Below, piece by piece: positions 18,573 to 28,596 of a stretch of DNA of 64,000 nt (the first letter of the stretch is position 1; the number at the start of each line of letters is the position of its first letter). Under the pieces are notes generated by a model. That model was not told the DNA's origin. It saw only the letters and a list, made by a program, of their open reading frames with translations, and did no database searches. The stretch covers positions 2,208,001 through 2,272,000 of the forward strand of contig OZ241329.1 in assembly GCA_965199825.1 (NCBI GenBank). The letters are read 5' to 3'. The DNA is from Bdellovibrionales bacterium. Its GTDB lineage: Bacteria; Bdellovibrionota; Bdellovibrionia; Bdellovibrionales; UBA1609. The position numbers and the translations under genes are program-made.

Positions 18573-19598
18573 ATGAAATTTCTATTTATTTTTGTTTCTG
18601 TGGCTTGTTTTGCCGGACCTTTTGATTCAAGTCCTTCGCGACTGCAAAAAAGAAAGCAAATGTCTGAATCCTTTTTGTCAGGTCAGCAACAGAGAATTTT
18701 GAGCTTTAGAGACAGAAATCTGTTTGTCCGTAACAATTTAGAGTTTTCGACTGATGCCAAAGTGGTTGATCACATCATCGAGCGATTGTCCCAGATGCTC
18801 ACAATGGATTCGGTACGAATCAATGAGGTGAGCCGAACCCTTCGAGAAGTTTTAATATACCAGCCAAAATATGACCCGCGATTCTATTCTGGTTCCGCCA
18901 AGGCCAATACTGAATTGCAAAAGCATATTTTAAATTTGGGGCAACTTTTTGGACATGCTCTTGCATTTTCCAAAAACCAGCTTGAAGCAGGGGATGAATA
19001 TAAATCTCAATTGTTTACTGAATCAGCTCTTCGAGCGCTGATCGAAGCCTATCTTTCTATCGCTAATGTTACGGGCAAGCATCGTTTGCACATTGCTTTG
19101 AGCCAACGCAATTTTGACTTGCTGGCAACAGGAGGGGTGCTCGCTGGCTTTTATGGTGCTCTCCACCACAACGATGTGGTGACGTTGAGTGCAGTCCTGG
19201 TTACTCTTTTTTCGGTATTGCAGTCGAATCTTGAGGGTTACAAAGTGGAATCGTCGGATCCGATTCAACACGCCTGTCTGCCTAAAGATCCCAATTTTAT
19301 TTGGCCCGCGCTTAAGCGAAAATATTTAGAACGAGAGACACACACTTTGATGAATTCTTTTTGGTCAAAAGCGATCGAGGGATTTGCACAAAAAGGGCAT
19401 TTATTTGATATTGAACTCAAATCAAAACCGGAATGCTACAGTTATAAAGAATGGATTCGGCATGCCGAGCAGTGGGCGCTCACCACACTTGATTCCCTGA
19501 GCCGCAACAAAACAGAAAATTTATTTCATTCGATATGTAGCAAAATGCTCCAATCAGTGAAGCCAAAAATTGAAGTGAACGAAGGTAGACCAGGATAA
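18573..19598 (+). CDS. Hypothetical exported membrane protein, tandem paralog 1
   Basis: Signal peptide; YQPKYDPR, ALIEAYLSIANVTG, two TM helices. Confidence 0.75.
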   Translation: MKFLFIFVSVACFAGPFDSSPSRLQKRKQMSESFLSGQQQRILSFRDRNLFVRNNLEFSTDAKVVDHIIERLSQMLTMDSVRINEVSRTLREVLIYQPKYDPRFYSGSAKANTELQKHILNLGQLFGHALAFSKNQLEAGDEYKSQLFTESALRALIEAYLSIANVTGKHRLHIALSQRNFDLLATGGVLAGFYGALHHNDVVTLSAVLVTLFSVLQSNLEGYKVESSDPIQHACLPKDPNFIWPALKRKYLERETHTLMNSFWSKAIEGFAQKGHLFDIELKSKPECYSYKEWIRHAEQWALTTLDSLSRNKTENLFHSICSKMLQSVKPKIEVNEGRPG

Positions 19599-19688
19599 TT
19601 TGTCAGTGGCAATGCCAAGACGGCACAGGAGAGTAGACTTTCTAAACCAACTTGCTGTTTGAAGTTGAGCGAATTAACACCTCTCACT

Positions 19689-20504
19689 ATGCCTTTACTT
19701 ATATTCTTAAATTTGTTTTTCGTCCAAGATCAGCCCCAGCCCGATAAAATAATTGTTTCTGAACATGTTGAGCGATTGGTCTCGAGCTTTTCGGTCCGCC
19801 CCGAAGTTCAAGAACAGCTTCGTTCAGGACTTTACGACATTGCCTCGGCTCAACGGGTGTATGATTCGGAATTTCGGACCCAACCGAATGAAGAATACAA
19901 AGATATCTTGGTCGCAATTGATCATTATGCTCAAATGTTTGCGGCCACATTGATCCAAGCATCTTTATTTAAAGATTATGACATGGATGTTGAGGCAATG
20001 ATTGTTTCACAAATGGCTTTAAAAGTAATGATTGATGCGTATCTCACGATCGCCAAAACCACCGGCAACAGAAAAGATCTCAACGCCAAAAACAGACATC
20101 TTATTGGTCAATGTTTTATGGGCAGCCTGACTCTGGGCTGCGCTCAAATTTTTATCGATTCGCCCGCACTCTTTCAAAGCGTTACCGAAGCATTGACATT
20201 GGTATTTGGAATAAATCTTTTTTTGAATACAAAAACCAGATCGGTTCCTCGCTTAAATTTGGTTTGGCCTTCGTATAGGCGAAAGATTTTGCGAGCCGAT
20301 GCCAAAAACTTAATTAAAGATTTTTGGTGGAGTGTCGAAACCCATCTTAAAAATCATCACAGTGATTTGGGCTTGAAATTAGATCACAAAAATCCCAATT
20401 TTGTTTCTTTAAGTGAAAATTGGGCCTTTGAAAAACTCAAGCAAACAGCCCAATTGCCACTTGAAAAGGTGGCGGTTCAAACATGTGCGGTGTTACTGCA
20501 ATAG
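19689..20504 (+). CDS. Hypothetical membrane protein, tandem paralog 2
   Basis: AQRVYD, VMIDAYLTIAKTTG, two TM helices; start re-assigned to ATG 19689. Confidence 0.7.
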   Translation: MPLLIFLNLFFVQDQPQPDKIIVSEHVERLVSSFSVRPEVQEQLRSGLYDIASAQRVYDSEFRTQPNEEYKDILVAIDHYAQMFAATLIQASLFKDYDMDVEAMIVSQMALKVMIDAYLTIAKTTGNRKDLNAKNRHLIGQCFMGSLTLGCAQIFIDSPALFQSVTEALTLVFGINLFLNTKTRSVPRLNLVWPSYRRKILRADAKNLIKDFWWSVETHLKNHHSDLGLKLDHKNPNFVSLSENWAFEKLKQTAQLPLEKVAVQTCAVLLQ

Positions 20505-20541
20505 AATTGCGGTCAAATATCCAAAGTGGTATGACGCCTCG

Positions 20542-21600
20542 ATGAAATATTTGTTTATTTTGATTTCATTCTCCAGTTTAGCGAACACGTTTAGCCGTGA
20601 AGAACGTGCTCAAGAGATCTTGGCTGAGCAAAACACACCTGCCCTGCCGAGAATGGCTTTTGATTCTCTCTCACGTTCAGACCGCTACCGTGTGCTTATT
20701 GAGGAGCGTGCATTTCAGAAATTTGAAAAGATTAAGACTCGAACTCTCGACAACGCGAGTAAAGATTTACTTTTTCAAAGAGGTCATCAGTTCGCCTCGG
20801 ATCAAATCTTAGAGCAACAGATGATCGAAAAATTGGCAAAAGTTTTTGGCCATGAGTCCAACGAACCTGACCCATTCAAATCCGACCTTAAAAAAATTGT
20901 TCTTTATCAGCCCAAGTATGATCCAAGATCTTTTCAGCCCTACGATCAAACCCATCGACATCTTGATAAAAGAATCTCAAAACTTGCGATTCTTTTTGCC
21001 GATGCACTCTTTGTGAGCGATCAGCTTCAACAAGAAAATTCTGAGGCCGAGGTCTTTGTCCAAATTGCGGTGAGGGCCTGGATCGAGGCTTATCTGACCA
21101 TGAGTAGGGTGACGGGTGAACACACACGTCACATTCAACGCAGTCAGCTCTATTTGGCGGGATTAAGTGCTTGTGGGGCAGGTTCAGTGTGGTGCGGTCA
21201 TTTAGTTCAATCCTCCGAACTTTTGATGGGTGGCGGTCTTGTTGCGGTATTCATGGGAATCTTAGCGGTTCATGAAAACTCAAAGATAAATTCGAGAACA
21301 GATACGCCACAGTCTCCTCTCATTTCAATTTCGATGATCGAAAGAAAATATTTAGAACAGGAAATTTCGGCTGCGAAAATTCGATTTTGGAACGAGGTCC
21401 ATGGTCGTTTTAGAAAGTATCAAACCGACGATACTCTTAATTTTCCTAAGGCAAGCATAAGAGATCTGAATTATGTAGAAAAGCGCGAGGAGTGGGCAAA
21501 AAATAAATTGCTGACGATGACCCCTTCGCTTCAGGAATCATCCTTAAAAATTTGTAACAAGATGCTGAGCTCAACAAAGACTTTAACTGGCCTTAAGTAA
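20542..21600 (+). CDS. Hypothetical exported membrane protein, tandem paralog 3
   Basis: Signal MKYLFILISFSSLA; YQPKYDPR, AWIEAYLTMSRVTG, two TM helices. Confidence 0.75.
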   Translation: MKYLFILISFSSLANTFSREERAQEILAEQNTPALPRMAFDSLSRSDRYRVLIEERAFQKFEKIKTRTLDNASKDLLFQRGHQFASDQILEQQMIEKLAKVFGHESNEPDPFKSDLKKIVLYQPKYDPRSFQPYDQTHRHLDKRISKLAILFADALFVSDQLQQENSEAEVFVQIAVRAWIEAYLTMSRVTGEHTRHIQRSQLYLAGLSACGAGSVWCGHLVQSSELLMGGGLVAVFMGILAVHENSKINSRTDTPQSPLISISMIERKYLEQEISAAKIRFWNEVHGRFRKYQTDDTLNFPKASIRDLNYVEKREEWAKNKLLTMTPSLQESSLKICNKMLSSTKTLTGLK

Positions 21601-24465
21601 ATTCAAATATCCAAGGATCACTTCGGCTAGAACATCTTTTTTGGTGGGTTTTGAAATAAAATTGTTCATTCCCGCATTCAAACACATTTCGCGATCCCGT
21701 CCTGTGGCATTGGCGGTGAGTGCAATAATAGGTAGGGGTGTGAGCGAGTGCTCTTTTTCTTTTTTGCGGATCAATCGAGTGGCTTCAAATCCATCCATTT
21801 CGGGCATCTGGCAATCCATCAACACCAAATGATACTCGGCACCACTTAAGGCCTCTAGAACCTCTCGTCCATTGGCCACAGCATGAGCTTGAAACCCAAG
21901 TTTTTTGAGTTGGGCAAGAGTTAACAGTTGGTTGACCGAATTGTCTTCGGCAACCAAGATTCTAAATTTTGTAAGCTCAGATTTTTCGGGCAGGTTGAAT
22001 GGAAGTGTTGGGGTAAGGGTCAATTGGGCTTGACCCATTTCAAGCGGGATTCGAAATCGAAAATAAGATCCTTGGCCTTCAGCAGTTTCTAAAAAGATTT
22101 CGCCCTTCATCAGCTCAACAAGTTGCTTACAAATCGAAAGCCCAAGACCTGTGCCGCCAAATTTTCGTGCGGTTGTCTCATCTGCCTGAACAAAGGGTTG
22201 AAATAAACGTCTTGCGGCTTCGGGACTTAAACCAATTCCTGTGTCACGCACACCAAATTCGATCACTGTTGTTTTAGAGGTGCGATGAATCACATTTGCG
22301 GTCACGTCGATCGATCCACGTGCGGTAAACTTAATCGCATTTGAAATCAAATTTAAAATAATTTGGCTAATTCGGCCTGAGTCACCTTTGAGATTGATCG
22401 GTAACTGCGAATCACAAATCATGTTGAGCTTCAAACCCTTTTCGCGGGCCTTTACACCCAAGAGTTCAATTTGTGATTCCATTAACGTAACCGGATTAAA
22501 ATCAAGCAGCTCGAGATGCAATTTGCCCGCATCCATTTTTGAAAAATCCAAAATATCATTAATGATCTTTAATAAATGACTGCCGGAGCTTTGAACGATT
22601 GAGGCGTATTTGTGTTGTTTGGCATCGAGTGGTGTTTCGATTAAAAGATCGGTCATCCCAATAATGCCATTTAAAGGCGTGCGAATCTCATGGCTCATAT
22701 TGGCAAAGAACATCGATTTGGCATGGGCCGCATCTAGAGCATTTTGTCTTGCAGCGATCAGATCAAATTCATTTTGTTTGCGTTTTGTAATATCCGAAAT
22801 AAACGCAATAAACGAGTAAACATTATTTGTTAATATCGAAGTGATCGAAAATTGGATCGGAAACCGGGTGCCATCTTTTTTTAGAGCTTCGATTTCGATG
22901 GTTCGGTGCACAAGGTGACTTGCACCGGTTTGAATATACATTTTAAGGCCATATTCAAAATGATGCTGATCTTCGGGTGGAATAATTTTTTGAATGAGGC
23001 TGTAACCCACAATATCAAACGAAGTGTGTCCAAAAATCTTTTCGGCTTGGACATTCCAGTCGGTCACTCGACCTTGTTGGTCGATTCCAATAATGGCATC
23101 GAATGCTGAGTTAACGATAGCTCTTAATCGAGCCTCATTTTTTTCGATCGCCTTTGCCGCATGCTTTTCGACTGCCAAATTTAACAGCTCATTTTCGGTC
23201 TTTTTTTGATCGTGAATATCAGTAGCAGTCCCAAACCACTTTATGATTTGACCTTGAAGATCTCTTGTTGCAACTGCCCGACACAAATGCCAGCGGTACT
23301 GAGAGTCTCCTGCTCTTAGCAGTCGGACTTCAACCTCAAAGGGTGTTCCACTTGAAATTGAAAAATCCCACCGGTTGAGATATCTCATCTGATCATCTTT
23401 ATGCATGGCTTTGATCCAACCAAATTGTTCGGTGTCAGAAGCATTCATCCCGGTATAGTCAAACCAGCGCTGATTGTAATAATCAAAAACGCCATCTTTA
23501 CTCGCGGTCCAAAGAATTTGGGGGGAGAGTTGGGTGACCAATTTGTATTGCTCGTCCGACTCTCGTTTTTTAATATCTGCGGCGTGCATCACCACCGCGT
23601 TTCTTAAGATGAGTACCACAAAAAATAATGTGTTTCCGGTAACCAAAAATACGGGGCTAAAATCTGGGCTTAAAAATCCTGTAGATTCAAAATAATTTTG
23701 GAGCCATCGCATCAGGGGTGGGACAGCAACCGCCCATATCAATAGATTTTTGGCAAGTTGAGCTCCGGCGCTCTCGCTGAGAAGCATCCGCATAAATCCA
23801 TCTTTGGTTTTTGCACCAAGAAAGCTTAAGGACACCAAAGAAACTAAGACGGTGGTGTGAAGAGCCATTTGGGTATAAAACGCAAAACCAAAGGCGTTTT
23901 TGACCCCAAAGATATAAGAAATAAAAGCCTGAAACGCGATCACTAAGGATAAAAATCCAAGGAGCTGCGCAAATCTGGGAAAGGTTTTGATCCTATTAAA
24001 ATTTAAAAATTGCGCCGAACTCATGACGATCATCAAAAATGCGGTGATTGGTGCAAGCCGTCCTGGCGGAAAAAGTCCTGTACGCCCGCTGCCATCGACA
24101 AATAAAAATTCATCGATTCCTAAATTGAGATCGAATCTATATTCGATCAGAGTGGCTACGCCAATTACTAGCGCAACAAGTGATGGCACAAGCGTCCATG
24201 TATTATTTTGATTCGCTTTAAATGATTCACTGCGATTGAGATAATTTGTAAACGCGAGGAGCGATAAACCAATTGCAGTGTTTGTTTTCATGGTGATGTA
24301 GCCAGGTATGATACATTTGAACAGATCAATATCGAATTCCCAACCGAGCAATACAATGGCTGCGATGGCGAACACACAGGTGACGCAAAGTCTCACAAAT
24401 TGCTCAGAATTGGGTTTAAAAAAGTTTAACGCCTTCACCTCTCTCACATCGGATGGATTTTCCAA
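21583..24465 (-). CDS. Hybrid sensor histidine kinase (multi-TM sensor, 2 PAS, HisKA, HATPase, REC)
   Basis: ANMSHEIRTPLNG, NLISNAIKFT, DTGIG, GGTGLGL, MDCQMP. Confidence 0.93.
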   Translation of the reverse strand: MENPSDVREVKALNFFKPNSEQFVRLCVTCVFAIAAIVLLGWEFDIDLFKCIIPGYITMKTNTAIGLSLLAFTNYLNRSESFKANQNNTWTLVPSLVALVIGVATLIEYRFDLNLGIDEFLFVDGSGRTGLFPPGRLAPITAFLMIVMSSAQFLNFNRIKTFPRFAQLLGFLSLVIAFQAFISYIFGVKNAFGFAFYTQMALHTTVLVSLVSLSFLGAKTKDGFMRMLLSESAGAQLAKNLLIWAVAVPPLMRWLQNYFESTGFLSPDFSPVFLVTGNTLFFVVLILRNAVVMHAADIKKRESDEQYKLVTQLSPQILWTASKDGVFDYYNQRWFDYTGMNASDTEQFGWIKAMHKDDQMRYLNRWDFSISSGTPFEVEVRLLRAGDSQYRWHLCRAVATRDLQGQIIKWFGTATDIHDQKKTENELLNLAVEKHAAKAIEKNEARLRAIVNSAFDAIIGIDQQGRVTDWNVQAEKIFGHTSFDIVGYSLIQKIIPPEDQHHFEYGLKMYIQTGASHLVHRTIEIEALKKDGTRFPIQFSITSILTNNVYSFIAFISDITKRKQNEFDLIAARQNALDAAHAKSMFFANMSHEIRTPLNGIIGMTDLLIETPLDAKQHKYASIVQSSGSHLLKIINDILDFSKMDAGKLHLELLDFNPVTLMESQIELLGVKAREKGLKLNMICDSQLPINLKGDSGRISQIILNLISNAIKFTARGSIDVTANVIHRTSKTTVIEFGVRDTGIGLSPEAARRLFQPFVQADETTARKFGGTGLGLSICKQLVELMKGEIFLETAEGQGSYFRFRIPLEMGQAQLTLTPTLPFNLPEKSELTKFRILVAEDNSVNQLLTLAQLKKLGFQAHAVANGREVLEALSGAEYHLVLMDCQMPEMDGFEATRLIRKKEKEHSLTPLPIIALTANATGRDREMCLNAGMNNFISKPTKKDVLAEVILGYLNLLKAS

Positions 24466-24507
24466 AAACTGGATCGGATAAAGGGCTAACTCTCAAGGTT
24501 ATTTGTC

Positions 24508-24534
24508 TAAACTCTAATTTATTGTAGGCCGAGG
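24508..24534 (+). promoter_or_regulatory. Putative FliA/sigma28-type promoter
   Basis: TAAAC-N16-CCGAGG just upstream of ATG 24547. Confidence 0.45.
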
Positions 24535-24546
24535 AGTAGCTTCGGT

Positions 24547-27500
24547 ATGCGGAACTTAAAGTCTCCTCTTTTTAACATAATCTTTTCGCTCGAAGACAAT
24601 CGAGTGATCGGCCCCGTTTTGACGTTGGTCACCATTGCAGCGATGCAAATCCTCTCTAACACTTCATTGGTTTATTATATTCCTTCTCCCTTAAGTTTAA
24701 TGGTTGTTGTGCTTTTTTATTCTCTTCTTCGAGGAGGAAAAAATTCTGGATTGTTTTCTGCTTTTTTTACCGCGATTTATTTGATTCATTATCTTAAAAC
24801 GAATCATGTCTTTGCTACAAATCCTGAAGAGGCTTGGAATAGAATCGTCAGTTGGACTTTTGCACTCCCAATTATTGTGATGATTATTTCTTCATCAAAG
24901 CAAAAGGCAGTCCGAGTTGCAGTGACCGCCGATCGCGACCGAAAGATTGAAGGTATCGCTGAAGCAATTCCGCATATCGTTTGGACAACAAATCCTGACG
25001 GCTTGGTCACATACTTTAATCAGCGTTGGTTTGATTTTACCGGGTTAACGGTTGAACAAAGTATGGGTCAAAACTGGGCCCAGATTCTTCATCCAGAAGA
25101 CTATCAAAATAGTCTCGAAATCTGGAACCACGCCCTCTCAACGGGCCAAGTGTATTTGGTCAGTTACAGATTAAAGAGTTATGAAGGAATTTATCGGTGG
25201 CATAGTGCTAGAGCACTTCCAATTAAAGATCAAAAAGGCAAAATTGTTTCTTGGGTTGGAACTTGTACCGATATTGATGATCAAAAAAGAGCCTCAGATA
25301 TTCTTGAATCTACAGTGGCAAAAAGGACGTCCGAAGTTTATAAACAAAAAAACTTTTTAGAATCGATTTTAAATACGGTCAGTGAACGCATTTTGGTAGT
25401 AGATAAAGATGGCAAACTCGTTTTGGCCAATCCCAATATGAAAGATGCGATGAAGCAAGACATCACCAATGTTTCTACTTCTGAACGCTCAAAGGCATTT
25501 GGGCTGTTGCTGCCCGATCGGGTCACTCCTATGCCGGCCTCTGAGACTCCATCGAGTCGGGCATTGAGAGGCGAGGTTGTTGAGAATCAAGAAATATTTG
25601 TGATCAGCCCGCGATTTCCGAATGGGTGCTACGCCCTTTGTTCGGCAAGTCCTATTCGCGACGAAGATGGAAATATTATTGGCGCCGTCTCTGTTTCAAG
25701 GGATATCTCCACTCTGAAACAAACCGAGAGAGAATTAAAAGTAAATAGAGATGATTTAGAAGGGCGAGTGCGTGCCCGCACCATGGAACTCCAATCGCTA
25801 ATTAGTGCGATCCCCCAAATCGTTTGGACCGCCAATGTGGATGGATATCATGATTTTGTAAATCAACAGTGGATCAACTACACAGGAATGACGCTTGAAA
25901 ACGTCAACTATTTTGGTTGGGAAGGTGTGATCCACCCTGAGGATTTGCCATCATTCAAAAAACGCTGGCAGGCCTCAATTGAAAAGGGCGAAAATTACGA
26001 ATTTGAATGTCGCCTTTTGCGTCACTCCGATCAAAGTTATCGATGGCATGTTTTAAAAGCTCACGCCTTATTAAATCTTGATGGTCAAATCACCAAGTGG
26101 TTTGGAACCTACACCGATATTCATGATCACAAGATTGCCTTTAATGAAATGACCGAAGCCAAAAAACGGGTGGACACGGTTGTTCGCAATATTGACGCAA
26201 TAATTTTTTCGATCAATAAAGATGGTGTTATGACTTTTGCCGACGGCAAAGGATACAATGCGGTCGGGCTTCGGCCGCAGGACCGAATCGGAAAATCTCT
26301 TTTTGAGCTTTACAAAGACCGGCCCGATTTTTTAAAGCCGATTTATCCCGCTCTTAAAGGTGAACGATCGAGTGCGAGAGTCAAAATCAACAGCCTCTGG
26401 CATCAAATTGTTTATGAACCAATGCAAGATGCAGACGGCAATGTGATTGGTGCAACTGGAATTGCTCTTAATGTTCACGATCAAGAGTTGGCCCAACGTA
26501 TTTTAGGTGAAACCCAAGAAAAGTTAAAAGCGATTTTAAAACATGTGCCCTTTGCGTTCTGGGCAATGGATTTGAATCGAAACATTATCTTCCGTGAAGG
26601 TATTGGACTCAATGGGATGAGCTCGCAAGAGTTGATTGGAAAAAATATTAGTGAGGTTTATAAAGACTCACCCAAAGTGATTGTTGCAATCGAGCGGGTG
26701 TTTCTTGGTGAATCTTTTGAGATGGTCATGCAACACGGAACAAAATGGTACAACGTTGCCTTTGCTCCTTCGTTTGACGAAAAGGGTTTGATCAACGGAA
26801 TTTCTGGAATCACCTTTGACATCACCGACCGAAAAAAAATCGAGCTCGACAACAACGAACTCGAGATAACGGCGCGTGCTGCAAACGAGACCTCACGCCT
26901 GAAATCTGATTTTCTTGCCAATATGAGCCACGAAATCCGAACTCCAATTAATGGCGTGATCGGTATGATGGGTCTCCTCGCAGATACTCGTTTACAAGAC
27001 GAGCAGCGCGAGTACGTCGAATCGGCAAAAACTTCGGCCGATGCTTTGCTCACCATCATCAATGACATTTTGGATTTCTCAAAGGTCGAAGCCGGCAAAC
27101 TTGAATTTGAAAATGTCAATTTTGATCTGACTCATTTATTTAAAGAAGTTTTGAACTCATTTTCATTTCAAGCCAAACACAAAGATTTGGGTCTTGTTTT
27201 GTTGATTGATCCAAACACCACCAAATATGTCAGTGGAGATCCTGGTCGAATCAAGCAGGTCCTTAATAATTTGTTAAGTAATGCGATTAAGTTTACCTCG
27301 GCTGGCCAAATATCGGTGGCGGTCAAATCAGAAGGCCGAGTCGCCGATAAAAATATGATCCGTGTTGAAGTCAAAGACACCGGAATTGGAATTCCAAAAG
27401 GTGCACTCTCTCGGATGTTTCAAGTTTTCTCACAAGCCGATGCTTCAACCACAAGACGTTTTGGTGGCACAGGTTTAGGACTTTCGATCAGTAAGCAGCT

Positions 27501-28041
27501 GATAGAAAAAATGGGAGGCGAGATCGGTGTGATCAGCCACGACGGCGAAGGTTCAAACTTTTGGTTTACCATCGCACTTCCAGAGGGTGCAAAAGTTGAA
27601 AAATCAAAATTCTCCACAGCCGGAAATTTTGCCGAACTTTCGGATAAAAAATTTCGAGTCCTGGTGGCTGAAGACAATCTGGTCAATCAAAAGATCGCAC
27701 TTAAAGTTCTCCAAAAGATGGGCTTGAGTGTTGAGGCTGTGGCCAACGGTCATGAAGCTATCGATGCCTTACGTTCGGTTCCTTATGATTTGGTACTGAT
27801 GGATTGCCAAATGCCAGAGCTTGACGGCTACGAAGCCGCTCGCCTTATTCGGAGCAGTCGCACCCTTCCTCGAAACCAAATTCCAATTGTGGCTATGACC
27901 GCCAATGCCATTCGTGGTGACAAAGAAAAGTGTTTGGCTGCGGGAATGAACGATTATATTTCGAAACCGGTCAAAACAGATGAGTTGTTTGCGGTATTGA
28001 AGAAGTGGTTGATGCCGGACCCAGCCCGTAAAGCAAGTTAG
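24547..28041 (+). CDS. Hybrid sensor histidine kinase (TM, about 5 PAS/PAC, HisKA, HATPase, REC)
   Basis: HPED PAS motifs, ANMSHEIRTPING, GGTGLGL, MDCQMP. Confidence 0.93.
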   Translation: MRNLKSPLFNIIFSLEDNRVIGPVLTLVTIAAMQILSNTSLVYYIPSPLSLMVVVLFYSLLRGGKNSGLFSAFFTAIYLIHYLKTNHVFATNPEEAWNRIVSWTFALPIIVMIISSSKQKAVRVAVTADRDRKIEGIAEAIPHIVWTTNPDGLVTYFNQRWFDFTGLTVEQSMGQNWAQILHPEDYQNSLEIWNHALSTGQVYLVSYRLKSYEGIYRWHSARALPIKDQKGKIVSWVGTCTDIDDQKRASDILESTVAKRTSEVYKQKNFLESILNTVSERILVVDKDGKLVLANPNMKDAMKQDITNVSTSERSKAFGLLLPDRVTPMPASETPSSRALRGEVVENQEIFVISPRFPNGCYALCSASPIRDEDGNIIGAVSVSRDISTLKQTERELKVNRDDLEGRVRARTMELQSLISAIPQIVWTANVDGYHDFVNQQWINYTGMTLENVNYFGWEGVIHPEDLPSFKKRWQASIEKGENYEFECRLLRHSDQSYRWHVLKAHALLNLDGQITKWFGTYTDIHDHKIAFNEMTEAKKRVDTVVRNIDAIIFSINKDGVMTFADGKGYNAVGLRPQDRIGKSLFELYKDRPDFLKPIYPALKGERSSARVKINSLWHQIVYEPMQDADGNVIGATGIALNVHDQELAQRILGETQEKLKAILKHVPFAFWAMDLNRNIIFREGIGLNGMSSQELIGKNISEVYKDSPKVIVAIERVFLGESFEMVMQHGTKWYNVAFAPSFDEKGLINGISGITFDITDRKKIELDNNELEITARAANETSRLKSDFLANMSHEIRTPINGVIGMMGLLADTRLQDEQREYVESAKTSADALLTIINDILDFSKVEAGKLEFENVNFDLTHLFKEVLNSFSFQAKHKDLGLVLLIDPNTTKYVSGDPGRIKQVLNNLLSNAIKFTSAGQISVAVKSEGRVADKNMIRVEVKDTGIGIPKGALSRMFQVFSQADASTTRRFGGTGLGLSISKQLIEKMGGEIGVISHDGEGSNFWFTIALPEGAKVEKSKFSTAGNFAELSDKKFRVLVAEDNLVNQKIALKVLQKMGLSVEAVANGHEAIDALRSVPYDLVLMDCQMPELDGYEAARLIRSSRTLPRNQIPIVAMTANAIRGDKEKCLAAGMNDYISKPVKTDELFAVLKKWLMPDPARKAS

Positions 28042-28050
28042 AGCCACAAG

Positions 28051-28068
28051 CAATTAAAGGGGCCAGCT
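28051..28068 (+). repeat. Orphan copy of the IS terminal inverted repeat
   Basis: CAATTAAAGGGGCCAGCT identical to 48180-48197. Confidence 0.75.
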
Positions 28069-28596
28069 TAATAAAGATTGAAAGGTTTTTTTGGCACCCT
28101 CAATCACATCCTGATCCCAAGATTCATCCAAGAGAGACAGTTCCTTTAAAAATCCTTGCCACATTGGTCCGGTATTTTTGCCGTAACCTGCAAAAAAATG
28201 GTGCGGCATCTCGGGAAATTTTTTTGAAAAATGTTTTACAATCATTTGTCCGCCAAGACTTGAACCTTCGATCACGTAAAGGGCTCCCCACAACTCGGCT
28301 TCGTTTTTAAGTTGAGGAATTCCGATTGGATCTTGATTTTGATTTCCAAGATCTTTGATAAGGCCTTCGAGTTTTGTTCGGTCTTTAAGATAAAATTCGG
28401 TGGCGTGATTTGAAGGGATGAGGCGTAAGTGCTCTTCGAACGTCTTATGAAAGCGATAAAACAATGTCAGAATATCTTTGTACTGAGCTTGGGTAATCTC
28501 AGGTTTAAGTAAACCCATTTTATTTTCCACTGCCATATGAGATGGGTGGGTGGCTTCGCGCAGTTTTTCTCTGAGAGGTTTAAATGTGGACAGCAT
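28054..28596 (-). CDS. bphO: Biliverdin-producing heme oxygenase
   Basis: LREATHPSH, GALYVIEGSSLGG, FFAGYG..TGPMWQGF; last gene of phytochrome operon. Confidence 0.9.
   Translation of the reverse strand: MLSTFKPLREKLREATHPSHMAVENKMGLLKPEITQAQYKDILTLFYRFHKTFEEHLRLIPSNHATEFYLKDRTKLEGLIKDLGNQNQDPIGIPQLKNEAELWGALYVIEGSSLGGQMIVKHFSKKFPEMPHHFFAGYGKNTGPMWQGFLKELSLLDESWDQDVIEGAKKTFQSLLSWPL

Noticed and set aside
20413..20541. N-terminal extension of paralog 3 (likewise 12692, 51666 and 53963 extensions)
   Set aside because: Overlap neighbouring genes or precede a better ATG/RBS/signal peptide
1311..21600. Prophage or integrative element at tRNA-Asp
   Set aside because: No integrase, phage or conjugation genes, and no direct-orientation copy of the tRNA 3' end was found; only inverted 16-mers
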